From: Syncephalis fuscata S228
Lineage: Eukaryota; Fungi; Zoopagomycota
Length of the DNA: 64,000 nt
Assembly: GCA_025786725.1 (NCBI GenBank)
Contig: JAHLTZ010000013.1
Location: forward strand, 558,001 to 622,000
Reading direction: 5' to 3'
Part shown: positions 45,370 to 60,200 of the stretch, piece after piece
Numbering within the stretch: position 1 is the stretch's first letter
Layout of the letters: every line of letters begins with the position of its first letter
Program-made: the position numbers and the translations under genes
The notes under the pieces: generated by a model
Told to the model about the DNA's origin: nothing
The model's database searches: none
What the model saw: only the letters and a program-made list of their open reading frames with translations

Positions 45370-46203
45370 ATGATCTATCGATCGATTCTACAGGCTGCGA
45401 GTACTGCTCGTCGTCAATGCTCGTTGAAGCATAGCACAGCACTAAACACTAATGCTGTGCGAGTATTCTCAACCAGAACAGTAGTCGCGCGTTCAGGAGA
45501 AGCACGCTTTCCTGGCGAGAAAGTAACGAGTGACCCGCAAATAGGCGACTATCCCAATCTTCCCTGGGTCCACTACGAGGACAAGAATCCGCTCAAATAC
45601 TGGGATCGCCAAGGAAGGCGTAACCTAGGCGATACGGTAAGTTGTTTGGCATACACGCGTGAAAAGTCCGCGTGCTTTAAAGCATATATCATCCATACAC
45701 GTGGCATAGTAATCGTGTGGATGATGGATAAAATAACCGATTTGTGAAATAGCATAATTTGCTTAATGTAGATTTTCATAATAGCTAATATTGCATGGTA
45801 AATTGTTATTGATGTTGCTACTTAGGTACACGAACAAGATGAACTGTTGAATGCATTCTCGGCTGATATTCAGCCATTGACTGCTGGTCGCGCACTCTTC
45901 CAACTCGGTGTATTTGCCAGTGGCATTGCTACCATCTGTTTGGCCATCAAGTATTTATGCCAGAGGCACCACATGCAAGTATAATAATAATGGATTTAAC
46001 AAATGAATGCTAATTTATCTATTCATTAGACGAAACGCACTTATCCCTATGATGGACTAAGCAAAGAACTCGGCTTAGATCCGGCAGATCCCAATGAAGT
46101 CCGTGTGGTAAGTACTATTGATATCTATAACAATATAAAATATAATATTAATGATCAATATTGAGTATAGCCGGCACGTAACAGCAGTGAAGTCGTTATT
46201 TAA
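45370..46203 (+). CDS. NDUFB8: Complex I accessory subunit NDUFB8 (ASHI)
   Basis: Presequence, DPQIGDYPNLP, YWDRQGRRNLGDT|VHEQDELLN, a TM segment and RTYPYDGLSKELG. Frameshift near 45957; one GC-AG intron. Confidence 0.85.
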
Positions 46204-46342
46204 ATCAAATAGCACATTTACGTTCATTTGTTGGTCGATTTGTTTGTTCGTAGATAAATTATCTTTTCAATTTATTACAAATGACAGATCTACTTAAATT
46301 AATTAACTAACTAACTAATTGATATAATAAGTGTATTATTTG

Positions 46343-47070
46343 TTATTTATGATTATAAAGTGTTTGAATGCACTGATTGATGTCCAATTCAGGAAAAAAG
46401 AATTTAATTTCTTTAATGGCCGTTTCAACCGAGTCTATATCATTATTAATATTTAGTACATTAGTAATATCAATGTTAATAACAAATATTACCTGAACCA
46501 TGAAATGAATTGCGTGTATCTGTCAAGCCATAAATGGCTCTTAATGTTGTTGGTGCATTAACCCGTGCTCTATTAAACTATTTAATCTGTGTACTCAATA
46601 ACAATCAAATAATATTTACCGAATTGGATGTGTTGGACCGATCAATGCTCGCCACCGTGCAATAGCCTGTTCTCCTCCCAATACCATGCTTCAAATGGAC
46701 CACTGATTACAATAGTTATATTATATATTAATATATTAATAGATGGTATTCAATTATCTGAATTACCTGCTCATATAGCCACATAGTCGCTCATAGAAGA
46801 ATCGACCTTTATGTTCAGCATAAATGCCGCTGCTCCATCGGTGTCCATAGAACAGAATGACGGCCAGTATCGTAAGCGATGCATCATTAATAGCTTGTTG
46901 AATGGCTTTACTTGTTCGTTATCAGCACAAACATCCGGCTTTAGTAGAGCAAGTGTTAATTGAAGCGAGGACGGTGTCGTAGACGGTATAGCCGTATCTT
47001 TTATACTACGCGTAATCATTGTATTTAATTGTCTATGCTGACCCATTCCACTACGACATAAACGCCACAT
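46343..47070 (-). CDS. Nucleoside diphosphate kinase, NME6-like (several apparent frameshifts)
   Basis: LQLTLALLKPD, HKGRFFYERL, WRALIGPTH, IYGLTDTRNSFHGS|DSVETAIKEIKFFFPE. Confidence 0.8.
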
Positions 47071-47299
47071 TGTAACTAATTGTTGAAACGGCAATAATAC
47101 ACCAATACTGTATAGAATAAAAATAAACATAAAATAAAATAGTAAAGTGTTAATATTATTTAATCAAGTGTTATAATAATTATTAGGATCCGAATCTACC
47201 CGTATTAAGTGGTATGGATTAGCGCACAATCTGCTGATATCTATCTACAACACTCTCCTTTTTCGTTTGATCATTCAAGAAAGTGCTTCTTTGTGAATC

Positions 47300-47560
47300 A
47301 TGTCAGCTCTTAACAAGTTCAACCACTTGATTGTGAACTCACTGTTCCGCCGTAATTCTGTGTTTCTTACCGGTATATTTGTCGGTGCTTTTGCCTTTGA
47401 GATTGGCTATGATGGCGTGACAGAGCGTATCTGGAAGCGATTGAATCAAGGGGTAAGTTTGCTATGGATCCCAACAGCTCTACTCGTAACTATAGTATAG
47501 TATTAACGCGTTTAAATCTAGCGTACCTGGGATGATATCAAGGATCGTTATACTGCTTAG
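47300..47560 (+). CDS. QCR9: Cytochrome bc1 complex subunit 9 (2 exons)
   Basis: LFRRNSVFLTGIFVGAFAFEIGYD...LNQG|RTWDDIKDRY. Confidence 0.93.
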
Positions 47561-48102
47561 ATTTCCATCTAACAACAACAACAACTATAAATACAGCGAA
47601 AATGAATAACATGACTACATATCGTGTGATTTACTATTTCAATGAACATTTTAGTTACTATTGTCTATTTATGTTACAATCAAGTGATGGATGTTCATTA
47701 TATTTACCATGAAATGTATACACACACATATATATAGCCACAAATACATAGAAAAGTATATGATGTTTGATAGAGCGTTATAATGATTGTAAATGAACCA
47801 ATAACTGTATTGCTTCGTGTTAACACCACATCTCTGTAACAATACAGGTGGATAGTTGATAGAAGAGAACGACAAGACTTTTATTCTATTAATAATACAC
47901 GACTACTATTCTACACAGTATATTACACTCTACTGGTGTGAGTACACCCTTATTGTTCTGTTGACTACACACATTCTATTCTATTCATTCTGAAGTAAGC
48001 GTAGTTACTCCGTCTATACCTGTTACTGCTACTGCGCTTGTGCTTGTTGTTCTTGTTCTATTAAATAGTACGCAGTCTTGTTTGTCTATAGTGTATTTAT
48101 CT

Positions 48103-50960
48103 ATGCAGCGTTATAGTTCTCGTCGTCATCAGTACCAGTACAGTAGTACGCCACCGCGAAAGACAAAATCACTCCATGCTCGACGTCGCCACTGGCTTCC
48201 ACTATTTATTGCCCCACCACGGCCCCGTCTAGTCATTAGTACAGCGTCGCCGCCTATCGACTATTCCAAGCACTCATGGTCTCTCTCGTCTCCTCACTCT
48301 TCTTCTGACTCCTCTTCCTTTCCCTCCCCTTCCGCTCAGCAACCGACGACTGCCATGCCATGGCTCAACAGTCACAGACCCATCAATATACTGTTAGATA
48401 CACCGCCAGCCATTGATTCTCCCTATTTGGCATCCAATTCATCACAGCCATCTATTCTACTATCAAGTAATAGACATAGTCGCCAAGAAAAGGAAGAGGC
48501 TGCAGAAGAAGAGGAGGAGGAAGAGTCTGATAATGAAGATAATGAAGAAATCAATGTACGGCGTCCATTGTTGGGAAAATTATCTCATCAACCAAAACGT
48601 CATCAAAATGATGGTAATAATTATGCGGTTTCAGAAGATTTAGTTACAAAACCTTTAGTAAAATTGTATCGACGAGGGAATAATGAAATGAAAGCTAGTT
48701 ATGCAGTTATTTATTCACCACTTTATACACCTATCAATACATCAACGTCTATTGCTATTCCATCTATTAAGAGTTCTATGGATGGACGTCATAAGGGATC
48801 TAGTGCTAGAATAGGTATGTCAGCATCACCTAGATCATCTGTGCCGGCTGTACCGGCAACGGATGAGGAGGGAACACTGAGACGGTCAACAAGACGAAAG
48901 CGTAAAGGGCGTAAGCGACAAGTAGATTTACGAATGAGTGTATTTCAACCACTTCCCAATGAATTAGAAAGTTGGCAGGTAAGTAAATAGTCCAGTAACA
49001 TTGATAGATACTAATTAATATTTGCTTGGTTAGACAGAAGTTGTTAGTTGTACACCATTTCATGCGCCTGTTAATAGCCGCGACTTTAACTCTAAAGTGG
49101 ATAGAGTCAAGATGGCTATTAATAATAATATACAACCGGAGAGAAATGCGCAAGGGTCATCCGGATCGTATTTCTGTAGAATGTTGTTACCAAATAGTGA
49201 TGAGGTGTCTACACGTTATCGATATGCGTTAGATCATAGAGATCCACCATTACAACGTACGCAAGTAGTGGGTATATTCAAACCAAAGAATGAAGAACCA
49301 TATGGACATTTAAATCCCAAATGGACTAAATGGCTACACCGTAACTGTTTCCCCTGTTTCTTTGGCCGTAGTTGGTAAGTAATATATACATAACTATATA
49401 AATATGTAAATTATTAATGATGCTAATATGTTTTTAGTTTGATTCCTAATTTGGGATATTTATCAGAATCGGCAGCATTTCTACTTGATCAAAGACTAGG
49501 ATTGAATATTGTGCCACATACTAATATTGCTCATTTAGCATCTACTTCATTCTATTATGGGAAGCGTAGACGTAGAAGAGCGAATAGAGAGCACAATGAG
49601 GAGGGAATGACTAGTACGGGGAATGACTATTTACCGCAAAAGATTGGTAGTTTTCAATTATTTGTTGATGGCTATGAAGATGCCGACAAGTTCTTCTCTA
49701 ATCATCCCTGGACTGAGGATGATGCACCTGAAGTAGATCCAGCAGTTGATTATACCAAGAAGAATGCAACTGCTGAATTTAGATGGTCAGCGTCTATTAA
49801 AAAGCAATTTCAAGAAGAATTTGAGAAATTAGTGATATTAGACTATCTAATGCGTAATACAGGTGAATAGATAGTATTGATTGCAAATTGTCAATGTATT
49901 TATTAGTATATTTGTAGATCGTGGTATGGATAATTGGATGATCAAGTGGTGTATGGCACCTGATGAACATCCAGCTGGTTGGTGTACTACAAGTGAAGAA
50001 GATTGTAGTCAATTACATACTACTGCCACTACTACTGCTGCTGCTGCCACTAATCATTATAATGTACAATCTGATATTATATTTAATGATCACTCAAGTG
50101 ATCATACGTCAAAGCAGGCTACTAGATCATTGCGTAATACAAATAGTGATTTAATTACACCAGAGTATTTATCTGGTCCATCTACAGCATCACCATCTAA
50201 TAGTACACGTCCTCATTTACATATTGCCGCTATTGATAATGGATTGGCCTTTCCGTGGAAGCATCCAGATGAATGGCGCTCTTATCCATTTGGTTGGCTT
50301 AGTCTGCCTTCTAGTATTATAGAGAGACCATTTTCGGAATTTACTCGACAGGCGATGCTAACTAAATTGACGAATCATCGATGGTGGGAGCGTACAGTGC
50401 AGTCACTCCACGCGCTATTCCGTCAAGATGAAGACTTCAACGAACGTATGTTTCATCGCCAATTATCGGTAATTAAAGGACAGGCTTGGAATTTGGTAGA
50501 GTGCCTAAGGGATCCGACGAAAGGCCCAGTTCATCTGTGTGATATGGTGGCCGTGGCAGTTATTGAGGAAGAGGTGGATGCGCCGTCACCGCTACCGGTA
50601 GATCCGAACCACCCGCCAGCCATACCGCTTACTGAACAGCAACTGGATGGAGATGGAGAGGAGGGTGGTGAATCACCGCCAAGGCCGCCGCATTCACTAG
50701 CTCGGTTAAAGGAGTCACGGTATAGACGTAGTGTCCATAGTTTGAGAAGTGCGACGAGTAATCGGTCACAGCACAGTAGACGTAGTAATCGCAGTGGCCA
50801 CGCTGCAGCCACCGCTACCGCTACTGGTACTTATCATGGGGCGTTGCCGCCTAACTATTTTGATGCACCGGCAGCAACAACAAGAACCCGACGGCGACAA
50901 CGTGTAAAAGAACGACTACAATTTCTCACACAAATACGACCTTGTTTTACATGGTGTTAA
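48103..50960 (+). CDS. LSB6: Type II phosphatidylinositol 4-kinase
   Basis: QGSSGSYF, IFKPKNEEPYGHLNPKW, PCFFGRS, GYLSESAA, KIGSFQLF, LDYLMRNT|DRGMDNW, IAAIDNGLAFP. Confidence 0.93.
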
Positions 50961-51360
50961 TATTACAAGTTGTTAGTGCTGATGATCCTGTTTGTTATTC
51001 ATATTAGTTGGTTGATTGATCAATAGTGTTTTTATTTTATTGATAAAGTAAATGATTAAATTGATCTATTGATTGGTGGCATTAATGGGATATGCATTAA
51101 TGCAGCGGCTGGTGCATGCACCTAGCTGAAAACCAAGCATTAATAATGCCCCTTGTTTGTATATAGCATGGCCATACTGCTGACAGTAAGATGAATGTCG
51201 CCGCCTTGTTTGTTAAAAGTCTGGCCTATGCCCGTGGCAAGTTCATGTTTCACACAACAAGCACCAAATTGTACGCAATTTAGGCGCCATCGGTGCACAA
51301 TTGAACGTGGGGCCGGATGGTGCGCAATGTGAATGATTTGATTGTTTGATTATATTGTGA

Positions 51361-52560
51361 TTGGGTCTCAAATGACTATAGCCAATAAAATTCGCGCAAT
51401 TGAACTAGACATTCTTTCTATTGAAAATGAAACTAGGTGGTGAGTGACGTCAGTCATCAAAATATTTATTATCATAGATTTATTATCCAATATACATACT
51501 GAATATATGCATATATCCTTTATCATTGCCATTTATACTTTTACTATTGTATATCATTTTATAAGTAGAAAAGTAAAAGAAAATATAGCCAGTACAGTTA
51601 TCGTGTACAACAGTTTTGTATGTACAGTATTAACAGCAGTAGCAGATCGCACTATTATAATGATACTAAAGAGTTGTTCAATGACTATGCTAGCAGTGCT
51701 TTCTACATCATTGCTGTTGTATGTAAACTGCTGCTACATATGACAACTGTGGCGGCTACATACCGCCAAAGTCTTTATATGCTTTGGTTTACTATAGATC
51801 TGCAATGCTCTATAGTAATGACAAATCAAAAGACAAAATTTACAGCACATATTTAACATAGCATATAAAGAAGCCAGAAATGCACTTACCGTGTCAATAA
51901 AACTGTCAATACTAGTGATTGGAGTAATGAAGGTAAGATTACAAAAGAGCAATGCAAGTACATAGTGTAGAAGGTGTTTGTACATAACTAGTAGCCAGTC
52001 AACTACTGACACTATTTAGATGGTATATATGGAGTGTACAAGTATATGCAATGGATATATGCTATCAAGTGTGAAGAAAGAGAAAGGGAAATGTGATGAC
52101 GTAGATTGTGAGATGTGAGCCTGTCAGTCAATATTTATAAACAGCCGAGTTTAATTTATCAATAAATGGAGTGTAAATAATAAAAGTCAATCTATCCAAC
52201 ATGTCGGTACATCATAAAACAACAAGTGAAGCAATAATGCATTAAGAATAAAAGCTATTTGGTATTAAAACTATTCATTATTATAAAAAATATATTTAGT
52301 ATAATAACGAGTATAATAAAAAATATTTTACTACCAAATAATAAGCCATTACCATATAATATGTTTTTAGTAAATAATGAGTTACAATATAAGAAATAAT
52401 AACAAATAATAAAGACAGCTTGCGATAAAATATACTGATTTATTCTATATACTAATAAAAGAGCAATAACAATACATCATAGCGTATTAGTGGTAGTCTA
52501 TACACAGTGTAGCAATATATCCTGAATGTTGCATAGAAAAGAACTACAGTGTAGATATTT
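51361..52560 (-). repeat. Repeat family A, copy 5 (inverted, with the 39-kb terminal module at its left end)
   Basis: ~51870-52220 is the rc of ~13400-13750; ~52440-52560 is the rc of ~18085-18200. Confidence 0.85.
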
Positions 52561-54144
52561 GTCGTACAGTTTTGTTAGTAAGTAGCACGGTTTATTATTA
52601 GCTGTCCATCAAGGACTATAGCTATAGTGCTGGGCAGTGAGTTAAATAACGCATGTGGTACTTGTGAAGCTAGTAAAACACATTTACTCCTGATAAGGCG
52701 AGATAATAAGTACAGGCCAAGCATGAACAATAGCATGGCATGCATAAGCAACTAGCATGGCGAGCATGATCAACTGCGTATAACGTCTATTTCTATGCGC
52801 TGTAATGTCATTTATTATTTCATGAACAGTTAGTGACTTTGTATAAAACAAATATACCATTGTTCAAGGTTCGGGGCCATTGTATTCAGCCCAAATATCT
52901 AACAGCTAAATATATCCATTGCTTGATTAGTGTAACCAACTATCTTGCACTTAACGGAGGGACTATCTGGTGTAACGAACAGCAACTTGAAACGTCTTGC
53001 CAACCTATATTCAATATGTATTCTACTATACACAGGTGGGTGCCTTGACAACCTACCATGTTGTACTTGTTTTACTAGCAAGTATTATTAGATTTGTTAC
53101 TGATTGCTGGTGATGATATGTCATGTTACTACCACGTGCCGGCGTCGTGGATGTGTGACGCTACCGTGTGATGCCTCATTTGATTTCTAATGGTAAAGAT
53201 ATGACGACCCGACCACGATAATGACTATATGGAGATAGTAATAGCGATTGCGGTAACGAGTTTTCCCGTAAATATATCCGGTACTTCAGCGGCCGAGTAC
53301 GTGACACTGATGGACACTATAAAATTCACAGCTGGTTAAGTATTATAGGAGATGTATATAGTGTGGTATATACTGTGGGTATGTTTCTCCTTTCTCCCCC
53401 GTTTCCCTTTCGAACTTTGTTGTCTCTTGTAGCCACGACTATCCTTATTTGAGCAAACGAAAGTGAGGGACGGCCTCTGAACGACTCCACCACCACCACC
53501 ACCTATTCTTGTACTTATTACTACAAACGACAACCAGACAGACAAACAAGGGGGCATCATCATTTGCATGAATTAAAACATTGAAACAAGTCGGTTTATT
53601 TGATCCAGCCGGTTAGTTTTATTTCGATACAAGAGCCCGCTACACAGGCCAGTATTTTGCAGCTATTGTCCAAGCCCCGTTTTCTGGTTATTTGAATAGG
53701 GACGCCAGTTTTACCGGTACGTGTCTATATAGTTCTGTGCTTGCGCGTGGTCCTTGTTGGCCATATGGATAAATAGCTAAAAGCGGCCTGAAGAGTCTTT
53801 TTTTCTTTCCGTATTGCTCTATTAATTTTACCATTCATTTTCTTTTGCTTCACCGGTGGGACAAAAGTATTGCAGCCTAAATAGCTTGGCATATTTATCT
53901 ACACGAACATTTTCTTTACTAGGCCTTTTGCTTTTCTTTTTATTGCCTACTCTCTTTTTTTCCCTATTGCCAGTCAGTCTCAGTGCTGCTTAATAGTGGT
54001 GACCTTTCGTGGCTGCCATAAAACGGTCATACACAACCTAACCTATCTTTCTCTACCTTCTATAACGAGTAGTACTACGTATCTAATCAAAATTTTTTTA
54101 TTATTTAAAGAACATTTATACGTATCTACGTACACGATATCATA

Positions 54145-56715
54145 ATGAAATTCGAACGACAGCTCGAACTTAACGCAAATCCCGACTGGATTGATTATTA
54201 CATCAAGTAAGTATTATATTATAGTCCACTTGGACCAGTATTTAACCGGATATTAATATATGTATTTTATAGTTATGGTCGGCTAAAGAAATTGACCTAC
54301 AAGGAAGAAAAGGTCACTTCAGAACTACGATCGACAGGCAGTCTTGAACAAGGACTTGAATCGCCAGGATGTCCGTCTAAAACACTTATGACGTTCCAAG
54401 ATGCGGTCGAACAAGAATTAGGCCATGTTGTATCGTTCTACCAAGCAACTGAATCATCACTTTATGAACGTCTCGACCAGTTGACCCGCCATTGTTTGGA
54501 AGAAAAGACCCGTCGTGAAATTGAAGCCGATGAATCGAATACTCCGTATATTCATCCACATTGGTGGGAAGGCGGCTGGACAGACGCACAAGTACCCATG
54601 GCTGAAGCACGTAAAAATGATACTTTGAGTGCGCCTTCTCATACAATTAGCGGTATTACCGAAGAAGATATTCATTCTGACACTTATACCATTGCCTCGG
54701 CACGCCATATGGGCCAGTTACGTTCCGGCCTTTCATCACCCACCGTATCGATGCATGGTGGCGCTTCGGACGATGACGAACTAAAGGATGAAGCCCGTCA
54801 ATTGTTTATGCAACTATCAGAATTGGAACGTTACGCGCAGCTTAATCGTTCTGGTTTTGATAAGATTCTAAAGAAACACGATAAAGTAATGGGATCAACG
54901 CTACGTAAATGGTTTATGAATGAACGAGTCGACATGGCACGTCCATTCCAATCTGATACGCAAAGCACTTTGCGTCGTAAAATCCTTCGAGTGGAGGTTC
55001 TTCATGGATTTGCAGCTCGTATTGATAATTCACGTAAAAATGGTACATTGCTACGCCGTTTACTTCGTGATAAAATCACTTTTTCACGCAACACCGTATG
55101 GCGTGATATGATTAATCGTGAGCGTATGATGTCAACGGTTGATGTTGACTCACCGGAAGATATTGAGGAAGCACTTGAACGGCCACACAATCGTATGCGG
55201 CTCTTTGGACGTGAGCTGCCATTTCCGCGCATTCCACGCAGCTTTATAATTGGTGTGCCATGTGTTATCATTTTTATTGTGTTGCTTTGCCTACCAATCA
55301 TGAATAACTCATCGGAACGCAATTGTCTGGCTCTTCTCGTATTGGCCTCTTTGTTCTGGGCCTTTGAAATTGTACCGCTCTTTGTTACTTCAATGCTAGT
55401 GCCATTCCTCGTTGTTATTTTAGGTGTTATGCGCGATGCTGAGGGCAATGCATTGCCAGCACCAAAAGCAACCAAGACTATTTTTGGCGCTATGTTTTCA
55501 CCAGTAATTATGCTATTGCTGGGTGGCTTTGCTATTGCTGCTGCATTTAGCAAATATCATATTGCTCGTAAGATTGCTGCTGTTGTACTTTCCAAGGCGG
55601 GTACACGACCAGAAGTTGTACTTATTTCAAATATGGCAGTGGCCGCCTTCCTCAGTATGTGGATCAGTAATGTGGCTGCACCTGTTCTTTGCTTCTCGCT
55701 ACTCGAACCGGTACTTCGTTCTATGCCGTCGACTTCAAATTACGGTAAAAGTCTTGTACTAGGTATTGCGCTTGCCTCAAATGTTGGCGGTATGATGTCG
55801 CCCATCAGTTCACCTCAGAACTTGATTTCGATTGATGTCCAAAAACCATCGCCATCCTGGGGCTCTTGGTTTGCCGTTGCTTTACCCGTGGCCATTATAT
55901 CGCTATTTGGCGTCTGGGCCTTACTCATGATCACTTATAAGCCACACCGCGAGAAGGACACTGTTGTTACCATTCGTAAATACGATGAAGCATTTGGCTG
56001 GAAACAATATTTTATTATTGCCGTTACTCTATGCACCGTTGTTCTTTGGTGTATCGAGTCACAGCTTAAAAGTTATGTCGGTGATATGGGTGTTTTAGCT
56101 ATTATTCCACTTGTTGTATTCTTCGGTTCAGGCCTACTTACCAAGGAGGATTTCAACAATTTCTTGTGGACAGTTATTATGCTTGCTATGGGTGGTATTG
56201 CCCTGGGTCAAGCTGTTAACAGCTCGGGTCTATTGCACACCATTGCCACGGAGATTAGTGAGGCCGAAAAGGGCTTTTCACTTTGGGCTGTGACGGCAGT
56301 ATTTGCTCTTTTAATGGCGGTTATTGCTACATTTATATCGCATACTGTGGCGGCACTTGTCATTCTACCTGTGGTCAATGTCGTCGGCCAGAGTATGCCA
56401 GAGCCACATGCTCGACTAATGGTTATGGTAAGTCTTTAAAGCAGTACAGTGACTATAGTCATTGCTATTTCTTCTAAACATTAACTAACAAATATTTATT
56501 ACTATTAATAGGTCTGCACAATGATTTGTTCCGGTGCTATGGGATTGCCAGTCTCAGGATTCCCCAATATGACGGCTATTATGCTTGAAGATTCAATGGG
56601 TCGTAATTATTTGAAAACGATCGATTTTATCAAAGTTGGTGTACCGGCCACGCTGTTCACTGCATTAGTGTCAGTATCGCTAGGTTACGGTATCTTGTTG
56701 GCTCTTGGATTCTAA
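54145..56715 (+). CDS. SPX-domain low-affinity phosphate transporter (Pho87/Pho90/Pho91 family), 3 exons
   Basis: MKFERQLELNANPDWIDYYINYGRLKK and LNRSGFDKILKKHDK (SPX domain); SMWISNVAAP, ASNVGGMMSPISSPQN and GLPVSGFPN (SLC13-type permease). Confidence 0.95.
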
Positions 56716-57260
56716 AATGTTCATTTCTATAACGTTCTTTCCTTTCTCTTCTACTTACTATAACTTACTTCTTAGCGTTATATTTTTATATCGAATAAGA
56801 AGAATAAATACACAGTTATAACATAATGAGCTATCCATTTTTATTTAATATTTTAACATTGTAATAATTGAGTAATTAAAATATGGATATTTAAATAATG
56901 TTCATTGTATCGCTTTACTAAAATGGTGAAGATGAGCACAATACACAAATAATGGCAATGGTTTGATAGAAAGCTAGAGTAATGTAATCATATTGCTTTT
57001 TGCTTGGACATCGACAATGAAACCATGTTTATTACTAAAGCTTGCATAGCTGAATAGGTGCAACTAAATTCAGACTTGCTGGTAATATAATGACGCCATT
57101 GATTAAAAGACGAATAAATCGGGACATTGGCTAGAACTTGGTATACAAATAAGCTGATTGGCAAGTGCCAACTGATCTTGCTCTTGCCGAATATATACCT
57201 AAATTATATCGGACTAGTAGCCTAGCCATATTACTAATGCTAGCTTCTTGAATGTACCGG

Positions 57261-60200
57261 TTATTCTATGTCTATAAAAATATAACACATGCTATAGAGT
57301 TAATGTATAAACTAGCAATACACAATGCCACTTACTAGCTATTAGTGTTAAGTCGTTGGTATACACGGTAAATATCAGTTAATTAGTACATAATTAGCTA
57401 AGACACAGAATCACTTACGACCTATCAATATTGATTTGTCAATACATATAATGAGCACACAGTTAATGCATGGCTGCTTGCAACAAAATGTCACTTACAG
57501 CCTATTAGCATTGAGTTTTCGATACAAAAAATAACCATGCAGTTAGCGCATAGCCAATTGATATACGGTGCCACTTACGATCTATTAAGGTTGAGTCATT
57601 TATAAACACAGTATAAATTATTTAATCAGTGGATAGTTAGCTACCATAAAATCCACGTACTCTCTATTAATGTTAGATTATTGGTAAGGACAATTTATAG
57701 TATAGAATTAGGATATGGTCAATTAATATACAACATCACTTACGATCTATTAATGTTAAATCATTGGCAGACACAATGCATAGTATGTAATTAGCGCATA
57801 ATCACTTAGTGTAAAACACTACTTACTGCCTATTAATATTAAGTTGTTGATACACACAGTGGCCAATATATAATCAGTGTATAGCTAATTGATATACAAT
57901 GCCACTTACAGCCTATTAAGTTGTCAATGAATACATTAAAGATTATTTAATTAGTATATAATCAATCAATAAACAGTATCACTTACGAGCTATCAATATT
58001 AATTTGTTGATACACACAATTCATAGCATGGAATTAGTGCATAGTTACTTAATATATAATGTTACATACCGACTATTGGTGTCAATTCGTTGACATACAC
58101 AGTATATGATAAGCAGTCGATATATAGTCAATTAATAAACAGTATCACTTACTGCCTATTAATATTAATTTTTAATACACATAATGATTACATAATTAAT
58201 TTATGGCTGAGTGCCATAAAATACCGCTTACAGTCTATTAGCATTGAATTGTCAATACACGCAATAAACATTCAATTAGTGCATAGTCAATTGATATAAA
58301 ATATTACTTACCATCTATTAATATTAAATTGTTGACAAACAGTAAATGGTGTGCAATTAATGTATAGCCAATTATTATATAATACCACTTACCAACTATT
58401 GATATTAAATTATTGATAGACACAATACATAGTATGTAATTAGTGCATAATCCCGTAATATACAATACCACTTACTGTCTATTAATATTAAGTTTTTGGT
58501 ATACACGGTAGACAGTCTATAATCAGCGTATAAATAATTGACATACAATATCACTTACAGCCTATTGAGTTGTCAGTAAATACAGTATAGATTATTTAAT
58601 TAGTAGTTAGCTAATTGCCATAAAATATCACTTACTCTCTATTAGTGTTAATTTGTTGATACGCACAATCCACAACATATAATTAGCGCATAGCCAATTA
58701 ATGCACGGTGCCACTTACTCTCTATCAATGTTTTAACATTGATAAACACAATACATAACATGTGATCAGTGAAAAGTTATTAATATACAACACTACTTAC
58801 TGTCTATTAATATTATTTGATTGATAAACGTAATGCATAGCATTTAATCAGTGTATATCTAATTGACGCAATATCACTTACCTTCTATTACGTTATTAAT
58901 ACATGAAATAATCATGTAATTAGTACAAGCCAATTGATATACAATACCACTTACCCGCTATTGATATTAAGTTGTTAGCAGAAATAATACATAGTATGTA
59001 ATTGGTTCATAGTCAATAATATAAAATACTACTTACGCTCTATTATTTATAATATATTAATACATAATTAATAATATAAATGCTACTTACTGCCTATTAT
59101 TATTAATTTGTTGGTATACACAATAAACAGTATTAATCAGTGCATATCCAATTAATATACGATGCCACTTACAAACTATTAATATTGCATTGTTGATACA
59201 AATAGCCAATAGTATATAATTAGCGCATATTCAATTAGTATATGATGCCACTTACAAACTATCAATATCAAATTGTTGATGCAAATAGCACATAGTATAT
59301 AATTAGTGTAAAATTACTTATTACATGATTACTTACCGCCTGTTAATATTAAGTTGTTAATACACACAGTAAGCATATAATTAGTGCATAGCCAATTACC
59401 ATACAGTACTACCTACAGTCTATTAAGTTGCCAATAACATATTATAGATTATGTGATTAGTAGATAGCTTATCAATGCACGGCGCCACTTACATTCTTTT
59501 AAGACCAGGTTTTGACCCACATGAAAGATATCATTTAATTAATACGCAGCCAATTAATATACAGTACCACTTACTCTCTATTAGTATTAGATTGTGGACG
59601 CATACAATAATAATATAATTAGTAAATACTCAATTGCTATACAATACCGCTTACCATCTATAGCATTAGGTTGTTAATACGTACAATATTCAATAAATGA
59701 TTAGTGCATAGCTGGTACATATAAAATATCACTTACAGTCTATTGTCAATAAACATATTATAGGTTGTGTAATTAGTAGATAACCGATTAATCCACGGTG
59801 CCACTTACAAGCTATAAGCATTAAATTGTTGACCCACACAATAGATATCATTTAATTAATACCCAGTCGATTGATATACAGTACCACTTACCAGCTATTG
59901 ATATTCAATCATCGATACACACAATGCATAGAATGTAATTAGTGCATAACCATCTAATATACAATACCACTTACTGCCTATTGATATTGATTCGTTGATA
60001 AATACAGTGGACAGTATATAATTAGTGTATAACTAACTGACATACAATACCACCTACATTCTATTAATTTATTGATAAACACCACAAATGTCACGTAATT
60101 AGTGTATAATCACTAAATATATCATGCCACCTACTTTCTATTAACATTAAATTGTTGATACACGCAGCGCATATCATGTAGTTAGCTTATATTTAATTAA

